55,213 nucleotides of DNA from a virus (IMGVR_UViG_3300029171_000008:1-55213), one strand, 5' to 3'. Shown: positions 39,159 through 48,987, counted from the first letter of the stretch. Notes: generated by a model from the sequence alone, not told the origin. Program-made: numbers and translations.

Positions 39159-39517
39159 TTAATATCACGCCTAGATTTAATGTAGCGATTCAGTATGGCG
39201 AAGGGTTTGTGCATATCTCCTTTGCCCGTCCCCCCGATGGTGAAATGGTAGAGGCTCTGAACGGGTTAAACCAACAACCCAGTTTTAGGATTATGCAAGC
39301 GCAACTCTACGAGTTTATGCCTGACGGTCGCGCCGTCGCATCCCCCATGAATGAAAATCGCCTAGAGTGGCACATTGGGTTTTCACTGGCCTATGACTGT
39401 AAAGAGGTGGCGTTGGCCATTGTGCAATGTTTTGAGCGCGAGCATGGCCTGAGCTGTCGCTTAATTGAACCCGATAGTGAAGTGTTTGACCCAGAGGCAA
39501 TGGTGGGAGTGACGTAA
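39155..39517 (+). CDS. Hypothetical protein
   Basis: ATGA-coupled to the hub gene. Confidence 0.6.
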   Translation: MINITPRFNVAIQYGEGFVHISFARPPDGEMVEALNGLNQQPSFRIMQAQLYEFMPDGRAVASPMNENRLEWHIGFSLAYDCKEVALAIVQCFEREHGLSCRLIEPDSEVFDPEAMVGVT

Positions 39518-39521
39518 GCAC

Positions 39522-39845
39522 ATGGATGACTTAGAAACCAAAGTAGAGCGTGAACTGGTCATCGGTGGTGTTTACCGAAACGTGAAAGGGTTTACTTATA
39601 TTGCTTTGGGGTTGTATTCAGTCCAAAAAGCGGCTCAGGAGCACCAAATCGTTAAAACACCCTTTGGCGTAGCCATTGCTTCAAGTGCGCTTTCTATTGG
39701 GGAGGCGGTGGTCTATTGTTCTACGCTCAATAGAGAAGCTCGCTATGTGCGCGGTCTTGACAATTTTCTGGCCATCATCGGTGATTTTGATGAGGGCACC
39801 ATGTATTACCGTTTTGAGCTATTGAGCGATGGTCAGCAAAATTGA
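39522..39845 (+). CDS. DUF1653-like protein
   Basis: GVYRNVKG..Y...VVY...YVR.LDNFL...YRFE. Confidence 0.6.
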   Translation: MDDLETKVERELVIGGVYRNVKGFTYIALGLYSVQKAAQEHQIVKTPFGVAIASSALSIGEAVVYCSTLNREARYVRGLDNFLAIIGDFDEGTMYYRFELLSDGQQN

Positions 39846-40233
39846 ATTTGTCGAACAGGCGTTGACTTGGCAGGGCGTGCCTTACCACCATCAACAATAT
39901 TCGCGTCATGGGGCGGACTGCATTGGCTGGATTGTGGGGGTGGGGTTGGATCTGGGGTATGACTGGCGCAGTTATGATTTACCTGAACGTACCCCCCAAG
40001 CCCAAGGGTGGAAATTGGTGGAATATATCGAGCGGTTGTGTCCCCGTACCGCACTGGCTGAACCAGGTGATTTGCTGGTATTTCGGGTGCGGGTTGACCC
40101 TCAACATTGTGGGCTAGTGTTAAACGATCATCAGATTATCCATTCGTCTAGTGCTGCCGGGAAGGTAACAGTGGTTGATTTAGACCAGCGCTGGCGCGAA
40201 CATATTGTTGCAAGTTTTATATTGCCCCTGTGA
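39829..40233 (+). CDS. NlpC/P60 peptidase (GTA g14-like)
   Basis: WQGVPYHHQ, GADCIG, PGDLLVF, HCGL, IIHS. Confidence 0.92.
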   Translation: MVSKIEFVEQALTWQGVPYHHQQYSRHGADCIGWIVGVGLDLGYDWRSYDLPERTPQAQGWKLVEYIERLCPRTALAEPGDLLVFRVRVDPQHCGLVLNDHQIIHSSSAAGKVTVVDLDQRWREHIVASFILPL

Positions 40234-40247
40234 GCAGTTGAGGTTAT

Positions 40248-42608
40248 ATGGCTCAAATCATGGTGCCTTTGGCCATCAGTGCAGCGCTACAGGTGTTGTC
40301 GCTGTTGCTGATGCCCAAGCCCAAGGTCGATAAACCACGGCTACCGGATCAAAGCTATGGCACTCCCATACCCCGTGGCTGGGGGCGCTTTGTGGTCAAT
40401 GGGAATTACATTTGGGGCTATACCACGCAATCAGGGGGCGGGAAGGGGCAACTGGGGCCACAACCGCCAGAACTGAGCGGCACGTTTGCATTACTGCTGT
40501 GTGAGGGGCAGATTGCTGATATTCGTCGTGTCTGGTGGGATGGCAAGCTGGTCTATGACAAATCTCCAGACCATGACCCAGATCCAGCCATTATTGAGTT
40601 ACCGGAGTTAAATGGGGATTGGGACAACTGGCAACCCATTGTTGAAGAAAGCGAACAGGCCAGTGAACGCCATGCTAAATACATGCGTCTCTATAGAGGT
40701 ATCCCCGGTCAAGATCCGAATCCTCACTACCAAGACCGTGTGGGTACCGACCGCGCCCCTGCCTATCGCGGGTTTGCAACCCTGTGGTATTTGGGGGTAC
40801 CCCTTGAAAATAGACATATTCCGTACTCCATTAAGGTGGAGGTGATTGAGCGCACCGAGACACTTTATCTGAGTGATATTTTGCGCGACATTTGCCTGAG
40901 CGCCATGTACGAACCGCGCAATATTGACGTGGAGGATGTAGACGATATTGTGGTGCGCGGCTTTTACCGTAACCCCGAACCCCCCATTGAAACCATTAAA
41001 CGGTTGCAGGTAGCCTATCAATTTGATGTGGTGGATGTGAACGGCAAGGTGTCATTCAAAAAGCAAGCTCGCACTGGGGCCTATGGGTTAGCGCGGACTG
41101 ACCTAGGGTGCTATGAATACGGCAATGACCAGATGCCTTTATTGTTCACCCATACCCTGATTAATGAGAACGAAAAAATACATGAAGTGCGCCTTAAATA
41201 TGTCAATTACCGCAGAGAATATGAAGATGATGAAGTCTATGAACGGCGCTTAGCGGTCAACCCACAGAATGTTAACAAACAGGACTTTGAGACTAATTTA
41301 ACCCTCACCCCCGACGAGGCGCGTTCTATTGTAGTGCGGTTGTTGTATTTGGCTCAACTGAGGGCGGATCAGTTTAAGTTTAGTTTACCGCTACATTATT
41401 TTAAGTATTTCCCCAATGATATTTTGTATGGGGAATTTTATGAGGGAGAATATAACGCCATCCAGCTCACCAAAAAACGAATGGGCTTTAATGGGTTGGT
41501 TGAATTTGAAGGGATATTGTATGGCGCAATTCCCTATTACAACTGTCATGACCGCCCAGCCTACGTGCCAGATTTTAAGTTACCGTTGCCCCCCAGTGAC
41601 ACCCAAAATCCCACCTTTGAACATGAGATGCCAGGGCAAAGTATTAATCCCCCGCGCCCTGGTGTGCCTCATCGGGGAGAGAGTTTGTGCAAGCTATTGG
41701 ATATTCCGCTGCTGCGCGACAGTGACCCGGAGGTAGGGTTATATGCCGTGAGTGCAGGCACATACTCGTGGCGCGGGGGAACGGTGTATGGGGTGCATGG
41801 GGGGGGTGAGTATCGCAAGTTAGCGCAACTCATCCGCTCCTCTACCTGGGGTAACTGTGTGAATACGTTGGGGGATGCGTCGTTTCATGTATTGGATCGG
41901 CGCAATAGTTTGACGGTGCAATTAAAGGCAGGGGCGTTGACCAACATCGGCCTTGACCAGATGGTGGCAGGGGACAATACAGCCCTGATTTATCGCGATG
42001 CAGATCACTATGAGTTGATTCGCTTTCAATATGCAGTATTGGTTAACCCTAAAACCTACCGCTTGTCTATTTTGCAGCGCGGGGTACGCGGGACGGAGTG
42101 GGGGATTGGGGAGCACCAGGGGGGTGAGTTGTTTTATCTATTGCGCAGTAAAGGGTATTACGAACGTATTGAGGGGCAGGTGCGTGAAATTGGACAGCCG
42201 CTCACCTATCGCGTCCCTGCCCCAAACCAAACCTTAGATGAAGCGACTGCAATAACCATTACCCCCAAAAGCCATGATTTGTACCCCTATGCACCCTGTA
42301 CAATCAGAGGGGATCGCGATGGGATGGGGGGATTATTGATTCGGTGGGTGAGACGAGATCGCAAAGCAGATGACTTACCTTGGTTTAACCCAATCCCCCT
42401 GAGTGAAACCCTAGAGCGCTATGTGGTGCAGATTTTAGAGAACAATACTGTGAAGCGTGAGGTTGAAATTAATGACTTGCAGGAATATTGGTATAGCACG
42501 GCGGATCAGGTGAGTGATTTTGGCACAGTGCAGCCCTCAGTTAAGGTGCGGTTATATCAGGTGAGTGCGGTTGTGGGGAAAGGATTTGCTGGGGTAAAAA
42601 CATTATGA
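40248..42608 (+). CDS. Tail tip / host-specificity protein (GTA g15-like)
   Basis: YGTPIPRGWG, LLCEG, PAYRG, RGVRGTE, WVRRDR, PLSETLERY. Confidence 0.88.
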   Translation: MAQIMVPLAISAALQVLSLLLMPKPKVDKPRLPDQSYGTPIPRGWGRFVVNGNYIWGYTTQSGGGKGQLGPQPPELSGTFALLLCEGQIADIRRVWWDGKLVYDKSPDHDPDPAIIELPELNGDWDNWQPIVEESEQASERHAKYMRLYRGIPGQDPNPHYQDRVGTDRAPAYRGFATLWYLGVPLENRHIPYSIKVEVIERTETLYLSDILRDICLSAMYEPRNIDVEDVDDIVVRGFYRNPEPPIETIKRLQVAYQFDVVDVNGKVSFKKQARTGAYGLARTDLGCYEYGNDQMPLLFTHTLINENEKIHEVRLKYVNYRREYEDDEVYERRLAVNPQNVNKQDFETNLTLTPDEARSIVVRLLYLAQLRADQFKFSLPLHYFKYFPNDILYGEFYEGEYNAIQLTKKRMGFNGLVEFEGILYGAIPYYNCHDRPAYVPDFKLPLPPSDTQNPTFEHEMPGQSINPPRPGVPHRGESLCKLLDIPLLRDSDPEVGLYAVSAGTYSWRGGTVYGVHGGGEYRKLAQLIRSSTWGNCVNTLGDASFHVLDRRNSLTVQLKAGALTNIGLDQMVAGDNTALIYRDADHYELIRFQYAVLVNPKTYRLSILQRGVRGTEWGIGEHQGGELFYLLRSKGYYERIEGQVREIGQPLTYRVPAPNQTLDEATAITITPKSHDLYPYAPCTIRGDRDGMGGLLIRWVRRDRKADDLPWFNPIPLSETLERYVVQILENNTVKREVEINDLQEYWYSTADQVSDFGTVQPSVKVRLYQVSAVVGKGFAGVKTL

Positions 42609-43321
42609 GTGAAACTACACCAAAATTAGGGTTATACCAGCTCATTGCGCTGCAAGGGGATGCCTATGTCCTCTATAACGAGAGTTTATTTCGCACTGAA
42701 TTATTTGCCGCTGGTGTAGTTAAGTCACGAACCGTGGGTACTCCACCGGATCCAATTGTGGATGGGGATGCGTACATTGTGCCATCAGGCGCGACAGGGG
42801 GGTGGGCGAATCGAGCCAATCATCTTCAGCTAGGACTGAACAATGCTTGGCTAGATATTGTGCCCTTTAACCGCTGTGGGTTTTGGGTGGAGGATGAAGA
42901 TATTTCGCTGCGTTACCTATCCCCAGATTGGAGCGAGGAATCAACGGGGGGTAATGGCGGATTGCCTTCAGATGTTCCGCGTCTTAACACTGTTAATGTT
43001 TTTAACAGGGCACAGGGGAGTAGTCCCGTTGCTCTAACGCCAGGGGCTAGTGTTGCGGTAGATGCAGCGCTCAGTAATACTTTTACGCTGGCACTCGACA
43101 GCAATTCCACTGTTGAAAATCCCATAAATTTGCAATCGGGGTTTGTCTACAATTTCCACGTTAGCCAAGCTGCTAGCGGTGGTCCCTATACCTTGGATTG
43201 GGGCAGCGCCTTTAAGGGCAGTATTGATGCACTAACAACCACCGCTAATCAAACAGATTGGTATGCATTTCAATGTATTGGCGGCGATTTACGGTTTGCA
43301 GGAAAGGTGGGGCCATTCTAG
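42605..43321 (+). CDS. DUF2793 tail protein
   Basis: TPKLGL...YNESL...PP....GDAYIVPSGATGGW. Confidence 0.85.
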   Translation: MSETTPKLGLYQLIALQGDAYVLYNESLFRTELFAAGVVKSRTVGTPPDPIVDGDAYIVPSGATGGWANRANHLQLGLNNAWLDIVPFNRCGFWVEDEDISLRYLSPDWSEESTGGNGGLPSDVPRLNTVNVFNRAQGSSPVALTPGASVAVDAALSNTFTLALDSNSTVENPINLQSGFVYNFHVSQAASGGPYTLDWGSAFKGSIDALTTTANQTDWYAFQCIGGDLRFAGKVGPF

Positions 43322-43825
43322 ATGTTTGCATTGGCACCCACAATTATGGGAAGTACCGACTCAGGCGGTGGTAGCAGACCCGCTACCTATGACCCTTTGA
43401 CCTTTACTGCTAGTGACAAAGCAGACGGCAACACTTATTTTTCAGGGTCTCCAGCCGCTTTACATGATGGGATAAAGACGGTTCCCCATTCAGGAGGTGA
43501 AGGGGCCATTGCCATTAACACAGGTGAGGTTGCCTGGGTTCTCACCCTACCCAGCGCCGCTTACCTAAACCGCATAATTTTGTACTTAGGACAATTCAAC
43601 GGCCCGTATAATCAACCCGGTTCTTTGGATGTCTATGGTGGTAACAGCATCTCAGGGCCGCTGCTATCGCAACATGCTTGGGCTGAGCCGTATATGGAAA
43701 CGATTGAGCTATTAACTGATTCAGATTACGATACCGCCAGAAATCAGTATTATTTCCAGTTCAATGGCCCTCATGGCTACATATCGGTAGCGGAAATTGA
43801 GTTATTTGGCGGTATTGTTAATTAA
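43322..43825 (+). CDS. Putative receptor/carbohydrate-binding tail protein
   Basis: Follows DUF2793; beta-sandwich-like ending ISVAEIELFG. Confidence 0.5.
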   Translation: MFALAPTIMGSTDSGGGSRPATYDPLTFTASDKADGNTYFSGSPAALHDGIKTVPHSGGEGAIAINTGEVAWVLTLPSAAYLNRIILYLGQFNGPYNQPGSLDVYGGNSISGPLLSQHAWAEPYMETIELLTDSDYDTARNQYYFQFNGPHGYISVAEIELFGGIVN

Positions 43826-45678
43826 ATATCTTGTGGGCAACCTTGATAAGTAGACCAATTTAACTGCACAAAAGGCTCTGCTGGGCCATTGAACTCTCGG
43901 TAACGGATGTACAAAGATCTAATATCCCTAAACGCAGCCATTTCACTGGTCTGCACCGAACTAGGGTAAGTTGTCATTTCAAGCACATAGTCCGGTGCTC
44001 CCTGCATTTGAGCGTTTAGTCCCTTAGATGTCCAAATATCAGCGAATCGTGGAAGCCAATATCCATCTGCGCCACTTCCCACGAATGAAAGGCTGGGATA
44101 GAGAATAACTAAGTTAATAGTTTTAGTTTGATAAAACGTCACCCGCATTTGCAAATCATTACCTGTGGAGATGATTTGTTGCTGATACGCGAGGTTAAAG
44201 TATTCCTGACAGCGCGGTAGTGCATCACGACCACAAACCTGACCTGAACCCACCCCCTCATAACTTTCTCCACTCTCTGTATAGGTAACAGGAAAGGTCG
44301 GCAATACCTCCACTACCGCCATGTTTTGAAACTGATAGCTGACAGAAGGGGCGGTTTCTACGGTGTTATCAGGATCAAGCAATGCACTTTTAAGGGTCGC
44401 TTGATCACTATCAAAACGCATCTCAATATCATGCTCCCCTGACCAAGCAAGGGCAGCACCTGAGGGGGGTGGGATATTAAATGTCACTAATCCTTTTTTG
44501 GCGTTAATGGTGAGCGCACTTTGGGCAACCCCATTGCGGTAGACCACCACCGTACCGCGTACCACATTGAGAATCCCTCTGGTGACCGCGCGGCCAAATT
44601 GGATGTACTTTTTTTGAAACTTGAAGGTTTTTACCACCCCATCAGGGGCAGGGGTAAACACACCTTGAATACTGGTGAATTCATCTAAATTTGTGCGCGT
44701 AGCGGTGGCTTTATAATCCGCCCAATATTTCCACCGAAACGTCTGGGCACGACCGCGACGGCAATGGAAAAAACAGAGCGCATATTCAAGCGCTGTATCT
44801 TCAAGCAACGACTGATTAATTTCACCCTTAAGTAAGGGTTCACTTTGGTAGGCAGTACGGCGCTCAAAACCACTGTCGAGGCGCTTGGTGAAAATATTAT
44901 GGCTGGGGCCAATGGCATCAGTGGGGCCAATGAGGGGGCCAAGCTCAAGGCGGTACTCGCAGCTCTCCTTAAGCTCAGTTGAGGGCATATTGGTACCCTC
45001 AATGAGCGGCATCTCAATTTCAATGAGGGGTAATGAATCGACTTGGAAGAGCGCTAATTCTTGTTCGTAGAACACATTTTGGTCAGGATCTTGGACAAAT
45101 TGCTGAATTGCGGGGATGGTATCGGTATCAAAGCGGACGGGCAAATCAAACGTGCCGCTCCAGGTGATGCGTTGGTTGGGTTCAGGGGGGACACGCAGAA
45201 ACAAGCGACCTGTACTGCGGCTATAGGTGGCTAGGGTGAGTTCACCGCCCACAAACACTTGCACAGTATCGGGTTTGTGGATGGGTTTATAGGTGACGTG
45301 CTCCCCTTGCTGATATTTTTTGAGCAGGTGGAACATCTGCCGCTCCCCATCCCCGCGCAAGGGTGTTGTCACCCCCTGGGTACTGCAATCCCCGCCTAAA
45401 TCCTTGGGCGCAGCGGTGACCTGGCAATCAGCCCAGAAGCGAAACCGAAACCCCTGTCGTTTCCCCTGACGCGCATTGAGAAACGCAATTAGATAACGCA
45501 CCTGGTCTTGGTCTAATAAAATCTCAGAAAGATTTCCTTCGTACAGCCACACACTCTGCTGACTCCAGCGTTTCTCAAACTCATACCCAGTACGGATTAT
45601 TTTGGTGCGGTATTTGGGGCCACCTGCTTGAACAGGCATCCCAATATCTAGAAGGGTCTCGACAAAATCATCAGCCAT
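43822..45678 (-). CDS. Distal tail protein with two DUF2460 domains (GTA g12-like)
   Basis: FLNARQGKRQGFRFRFWAD...PVRFDTD and FFHCRRGRAQTFRWKYWAD...MRFDSD. Confidence 0.85.
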   Translation of the reverse strand: MADDFVETLLDIGMPVQAGGPKYRTKIIRTGYEFEKRWSQQSVWLYEGNLSEILLDQDQVRYLIAFLNARQGKRQGFRFRFWADCQVTAAPKDLGGDCSTQGVTTPLRGDGERQMFHLLKKYQQGEHVTYKPIHKPDTVQVFVGGELTLATYSRSTGRLFLRVPPEPNQRITWSGTFDLPVRFDTDTIPAIQQFVQDPDQNVFYEQELALFQVDSLPLIEIEMPLIEGTNMPSTELKESCEYRLELGPLIGPTDAIGPSHNIFTKRLDSGFERRTAYQSEPLLKGEINQSLLEDTALEYALCFFHCRRGRAQTFRWKYWADYKATATRTNLDEFTSIQGVFTPAPDGVVKTFKFQKKYIQFGRAVTRGILNVVRGTVVVYRNGVAQSALTINAKKGLVTFNIPPPSGAALAWSGEHDIEMRFDSDQATLKSALLDPDNTVETAPSVSYQFQNMAVVEVLPTFPVTYTESGESYEGVGSGQVCGRDALPRCQEYFNLAYQQQIISTGNDLQMRVTFYQTKTINLVILYPSLSFVGSGADGYWLPRFADIWTSKGLNAQMQGAPDYVLEMTTYPSSVQTSEMAAFRDIRSLYIRYREFNGPAEPFVQLNWSTYQGCPQDI

Positions 45679-45682
45679 GGAA

Positions 45683-46534
45683 CTAGCTCAGTACACCTCG
45701 ACTGACTGGAAATTCACAGCCCAAGACATCGAAGTTGATCAGATTAGTTGCGGCTGACCCTGTGTGCCAGAAGGCTGCACCAAACCCTAGCGCTCGGTTA
45801 ATGGCTGGGATATTAGTCGTGAGTGTTGTGGTCCAAACCACTATTCCTGCATCGTTGCGCAATTCAAATGATGCGGTGGCTCGGTTGGCACTGAGGTTTA
45901 TGAGTAGTGTGTACCAAGTACTGGCGCTGAGGACTGGCGAATTAGCGCTGGAGCTAAGGGTGCCACTATTTACTGTGTAGGCAGTCAGCGTGTTGCTCGC
46001 GCCGTTTAGGCCCACCATAACGCCGTCAGTGGGTGCGGTGACCGTTGCTGAATTGATAAAGCCAATTCGTCCAACAATGGCATTATTTGCGGTGTTGAGG
46101 GCAAAGCAAGCGAGACCACTCTCGCCACCACTCATTACTAGGTTGTTGGTGTTGGTGCAGACAGAGAAGCCAGAATTTGCATTGGCACCAGATAGAAGTC
46201 GAGAGTTGCCGGGGTGGCCTGATATAGGTGGCCCTGCTGCTACGTTAATAGTGCCACCTGTGCCAATGGATTGGCCGACAAAATCACCCAGCGCATTCCC
46301 ATTACTATTGCCAAATTCTGTCCAAAACCGGGCTGGTTTCAAAAACTGCTCATAGAGCGTTGGTCTTGCAGCGAGTCGTAGCTCATTAATCGCTGCGACT
46401 AGGTTGGCTTTATTGGTGGTTGATAGGCTATTTAGGCTTGATATGTTGCCGTTGAGCAGTGTGCGGAGAGCTTTATTCTCCGCACTTAAGCGATCGACGA
46501 TTGCTGATAGCTGTTGCTCAGTGGCGTAGGGCAT
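45683..46534 (-). CDS. Fibre-like protein with lectin-like C-terminus
   Basis: TTNKANLVAAINEL motif; beta-rich G/N/T C-terminus. Confidence 0.6.
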   Translation of the reverse strand: MPYATEQQLSAIVDRLSAENKALRTLLNGNISSLNSLSTTNKANLVAAINELRLAARPTLYEQFLKPARFWTEFGNSNGNALGDFVGQSIGTGGTINVAAGPPISGHPGNSRLLSGANANSGFSVCTNTNNLVMSGGESGLACFALNTANNAIVGRIGFINSATVTAPTDGVMVGLNGASNTLTAYTVNSGTLSSSANSPVLSASTWYTLLINLSANRATASFELRNDAGIVVWTTTLTTNIPAINRALGFGAAFWHTGSAATNLINFDVLGCEFPVSRGVLS

Positions 46535-47019
46535 TAGACCAATCCAGCATTAAACTGAGCGACGAAGTCAGTGGTAGAGTCTACTACCCCAATATTGCTG
46601 CGGGCCTGCGCTTGTTGTGGCGCAGTGAGAGTCTGAGTTTCAAACGAAATTTTATTGGCAACCGCTGTATTGAGGGCACTGATGGCATTGGGGTTGTTCT
46701 GAAACGCATTGGCAATTTCGGTAATCGTATCCAACGTGGCAGGCGCTGACCCAATTAAGGCGGAGAGGGCTGCGGCAATCTCGGTTGTGGTTTTGGATGA
46801 TGACCATACCGTGGTCGTTCCTGCCGCACCATCGTTAATCTGTACTCCACTCAATGCGTGCAATTCGTTGATTGCTGCGACCAAGCTGCTTTTAGCTGTG
46901 GTGTTTAATCCAGACAGGTCTGTTGCATTGTTATTGAGCAACGTGCGGATAGACCTGGTGATTGTTGAAAGTTCATTTGTTAGCGCACTGAGTTGGGCTT
47001 CAGTAATATAAGTGGACAT
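46534..47019 (-). CDS. Fibre-like protein
   Basis: TTAKSSLVAAINEL, WSSSK, APATLDTITEIANA, QQAQARSNIG. Confidence 0.7.
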   Translation of the reverse strand: MSTYITEAQLSALTNELSTITRSIRTLLNNNATDLSGLNTTAKSSLVAAINELHALSGVQINDGAAGTTTVWSSSKTTTEIAAALSALIGSAPATLDTITEIANAFQNNPNAISALNTAVANKISFETQTLTAPQQAQARSNIGVVDSTTDFVAQFNAGLV

Positions 47020-47388
47020 CTAAAGTAAACCTCCCAAAAATTGTTGAGCAAAGTTTGTCGTTGAAGGGGTTAGGTTAGGCGATGAGCCATCTGCTGGCCC
47101 ATTATTCACATTGAGTAAATCACGATGGATTTTGATTTGGGTACAGGTTTCAAGCAATTTAGCCCGTGATTCCTGGGTCAGTGCCATCCCCTCTAGCTGA
47201 TAAATAAAATGCTGCAACCGTGTTTCAAGGTCTGGATTAACAGGCAAGGGTTGTCCTAGCACATTTCGCAATAGCCTGATTTGCTGTGCTAGGCGGGTCG
47301 CCTGGGCGAGGGTGGTGGAGGGGGAGAGAATCTGATTGCGTAATTGATTGATCTCCTCTAAAAGCCGTGTTTGGAATTGAGCAGACAT
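47020..47388 (-). CDS. Hypothetical protein in the fibre cassette
   Basis: Abuts the next gene; C-terminus resembles that of 46534-47019. Confidence 0.6.
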   Translation of the reverse strand: MSAQFQTRLLEEINQLRNQILSPSTTLAQATRLAQQIRLLRNVLGQPLPVNPDLETRLQHFIYQLEGMALTQESRAKLLETCTQIKIHRDLLNVNNGPADGSSPNLTPSTTNFAQQFLGGLL

Positions 47389-47416
47389 GGTGTTTTAGGC
47401 CCGTTTTTCCTCGCAC

Positions 47417-47434
47417 ATTGTCTAAGAATACAAC
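47417..47434. promoter_or_regulatory. Palindromic box, copy 9
   Basis: ATTGTCtaagaaTACAAC upstream of the fibre operon. Confidence 0.7.
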
Positions 47435-47515
47435 ACAGCAGTGTTTTTACAGAGACCGCTCAAGCACTCCGTGCTTTTAGTTGCGTGGAATCACGATTGG
47501 ATAGCGTTACTAAAC

Positions 47516-47533
47516 GTTGCAATAATCTACAAC
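47516..47533. promoter_or_regulatory. Palindromic box, copy 10
   Basis: GTTGCAataatcTACAAC upstream of ATG 47567. Confidence 0.6.
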
Positions 47534-47566
47534 ACGGGTATAAATAAAGGCGAGGGGTGGTACACC

Positions 47567-47917
47567 ATGCAAATGTTGATGGCAGAAAAAAGCGAACGCG
47601 AGGAAAGCAAGGGCAGTGCGGGGCAATACGACTTTATCCCTGACACCATTGATGCCATTGGCCGCACCAGTAAGGTTCTTAATGAACAAGGGTCGGGGTG
47701 GTGGAAGTTTAGTGTTTTGGCGGTGATTTGTGGAATGGTGGTGGGGGGTGTAGCCATCGCGCTCAAAGTGGATCCACAGCAATGGCATCAACAACACAGG
47801 ACACCCACACCCACATTCACACCAAGCACCGCTGCACCAGCACCTCCAACCCTTGATCCTGACGGGTCAGGACTCAGCCCCTGTAAGCCTGTGGGCAGTT
47901 CATGGCTGTGCAGCTAG
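47567..47917 (+). CDS. Single-TM membrane protein with Pro/Thr-rich tail
   Basis: WWKFSVLAVICGMVVGGVAIAL; TPTPTFTPSTAAPAPP. Confidence 0.6.
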   Translation: MQMLMAEKSEREESKGSAGQYDFIPDTIDAIGRTSKVLNEQGSGWWKFSVLAVICGMVVGGVAIALKVDPQQWHQQHRTPTPTFTPSTAAPAPPTLDPDGSGLSPCKPVGSSWLCS

Positions 47918-48987
47918 TTGTCAGACGTCAACAACTTAGCGCGAACCTTTTGCAGAAACCGCTGCGAACGGAGTTGCCAGATGGTAAACGGGGTGAGGGG
48001 AGAAATTGTACGGGCACGACGCATCGTGCCCGTACCTATTTGCTCCTCAGTTTGGGCATCAAAAAAGGCATTGATGTCTGTCAAAATAGTGGCCAGCCGT
48101 TGCACAATGTTGTCCCGGCGATATTCAGCCAGCAAGGTTGCTGTATCTAGAGCGGGTGGGAGATCGTGCGCTGCATTCAAGATCCGCTTCAGGTCATAGT
48201 CCAGCGAGTAGCCCGCGATTTTTTGGCAGTTAAACCCGGGATCCAGATAATCCGATAAACCATGATTCACGCTAGAAAACACCTGACAACCACAGGCGAT
48301 GGCCTCTAGGGGTTGCAGCCCAAAGCCCTCACTCACACCCTGAAGCGCCCAATATTCAGCGGAATCGTAAAGGTAAACCTTAGCTCGGTTTAAGAGCGCC
48401 GCAAAGTCTTCGACAAAATTGCGCACGACTAACACATTACACTGCGCGAATGTGCCGGGGGAACCTTCCTCCGGCCACTTCGCTTGCTCTAGGGCCGGAA
48501 TGAGCGACTGGAGTAAGTAGCGGGATGACTTCCGCGCATGCACCAAAACATCAATGTCTCGGGACTGACCTTCGTTCTGAAACGCTGGCGAAATCTCATT
48601 GGGCAGGTAGTAGAGCAACGAGTGCGGCGCGAGCTGCCCCCAGTAGCCTAATGTGTTGCGACTCACGGTAATGATGGGGATACGCGCATCTAGACGAAAG
48701 CCATAGCCTGCACTATGGGCGTGGTAGATCAGCGGGTATGCTTTCAGCCGTGGGGCTAACTTGGCGACATCAAACCCCCAACTCATCACGAAAATGCAGT
48801 CCTGTAAGCGGCGCGGGTCTTGCAGTAAATCTGCTAAAAACAGGTTTTGGGGTTCCCGTTGGCGATAGGTCACCACCGTTGCGGGGCAAACCTGGCGGGC
48901 CAATTCAACGGTTTTGAGTTCTGCCCAGAGGCCACCACAAGCAAACGCAGAGGTGGTGCCTGGCAATAGAAAATAAAGCTGCCGCAT
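47914..48987 (-). CDS. Glycosyltransferase (cyanobacterial type)
   Basis: CGGLWAELKT, YHAHS, EGFGLQPLEA. Confidence 0.85.
   Translation of the reverse strand: MRQLYFLLPGTTSAFACGGLWAELKTVELARQVCPATVVTYRQREPQNLFLADLLQDPRRLQDCIFVMSWGFDVAKLAPRLKAYPLIYHAHSAGYGFRLDARIPIITVSRNTLGYWGQLAPHSLLYYLPNEISPAFQNEGQSRDIDVLVHARKSSRYLLQSLIPALEQAKWPEEGSPGTFAQCNVLVVRNFVEDFAALLNRAKVYLYDSAEYWALQGVSEGFGLQPLEAIACGCQVFSSVNHGLSDYLDPGFNCQKIAGYSLDYDLKRILNAAHDLPPALDTATLLAEYRRDNIVQRLATILTDINAFFDAQTEEQIGTGTMRRARTISPLTPFTIWQLRSQRFLQKVRAKLLTSDN
48008..48035. repeat. REP-like perfect hairpin within the glycosyltransferase gene
   Basis: GTACGGGCACGA-cgca-TCGTGCCCGTAC. Confidence 0.7.
48446..48483 (+). repeat. 38-nt hairpin dispersed repeat, copy 5 (antisense to the host gene)
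   Basis: GCGAA-TGTGCCGGGGGAACCTTCCTCCGGCCAC-TTCGC. Confidence 0.85.

Noticed and set aside
40248-47388. Diversity-generating retroelement or invertase-driven fibre switching
   Set aside because: No reverse transcriptase, TR/VR pair or serine invertase seen; the fibre similarity is diverged paralogy
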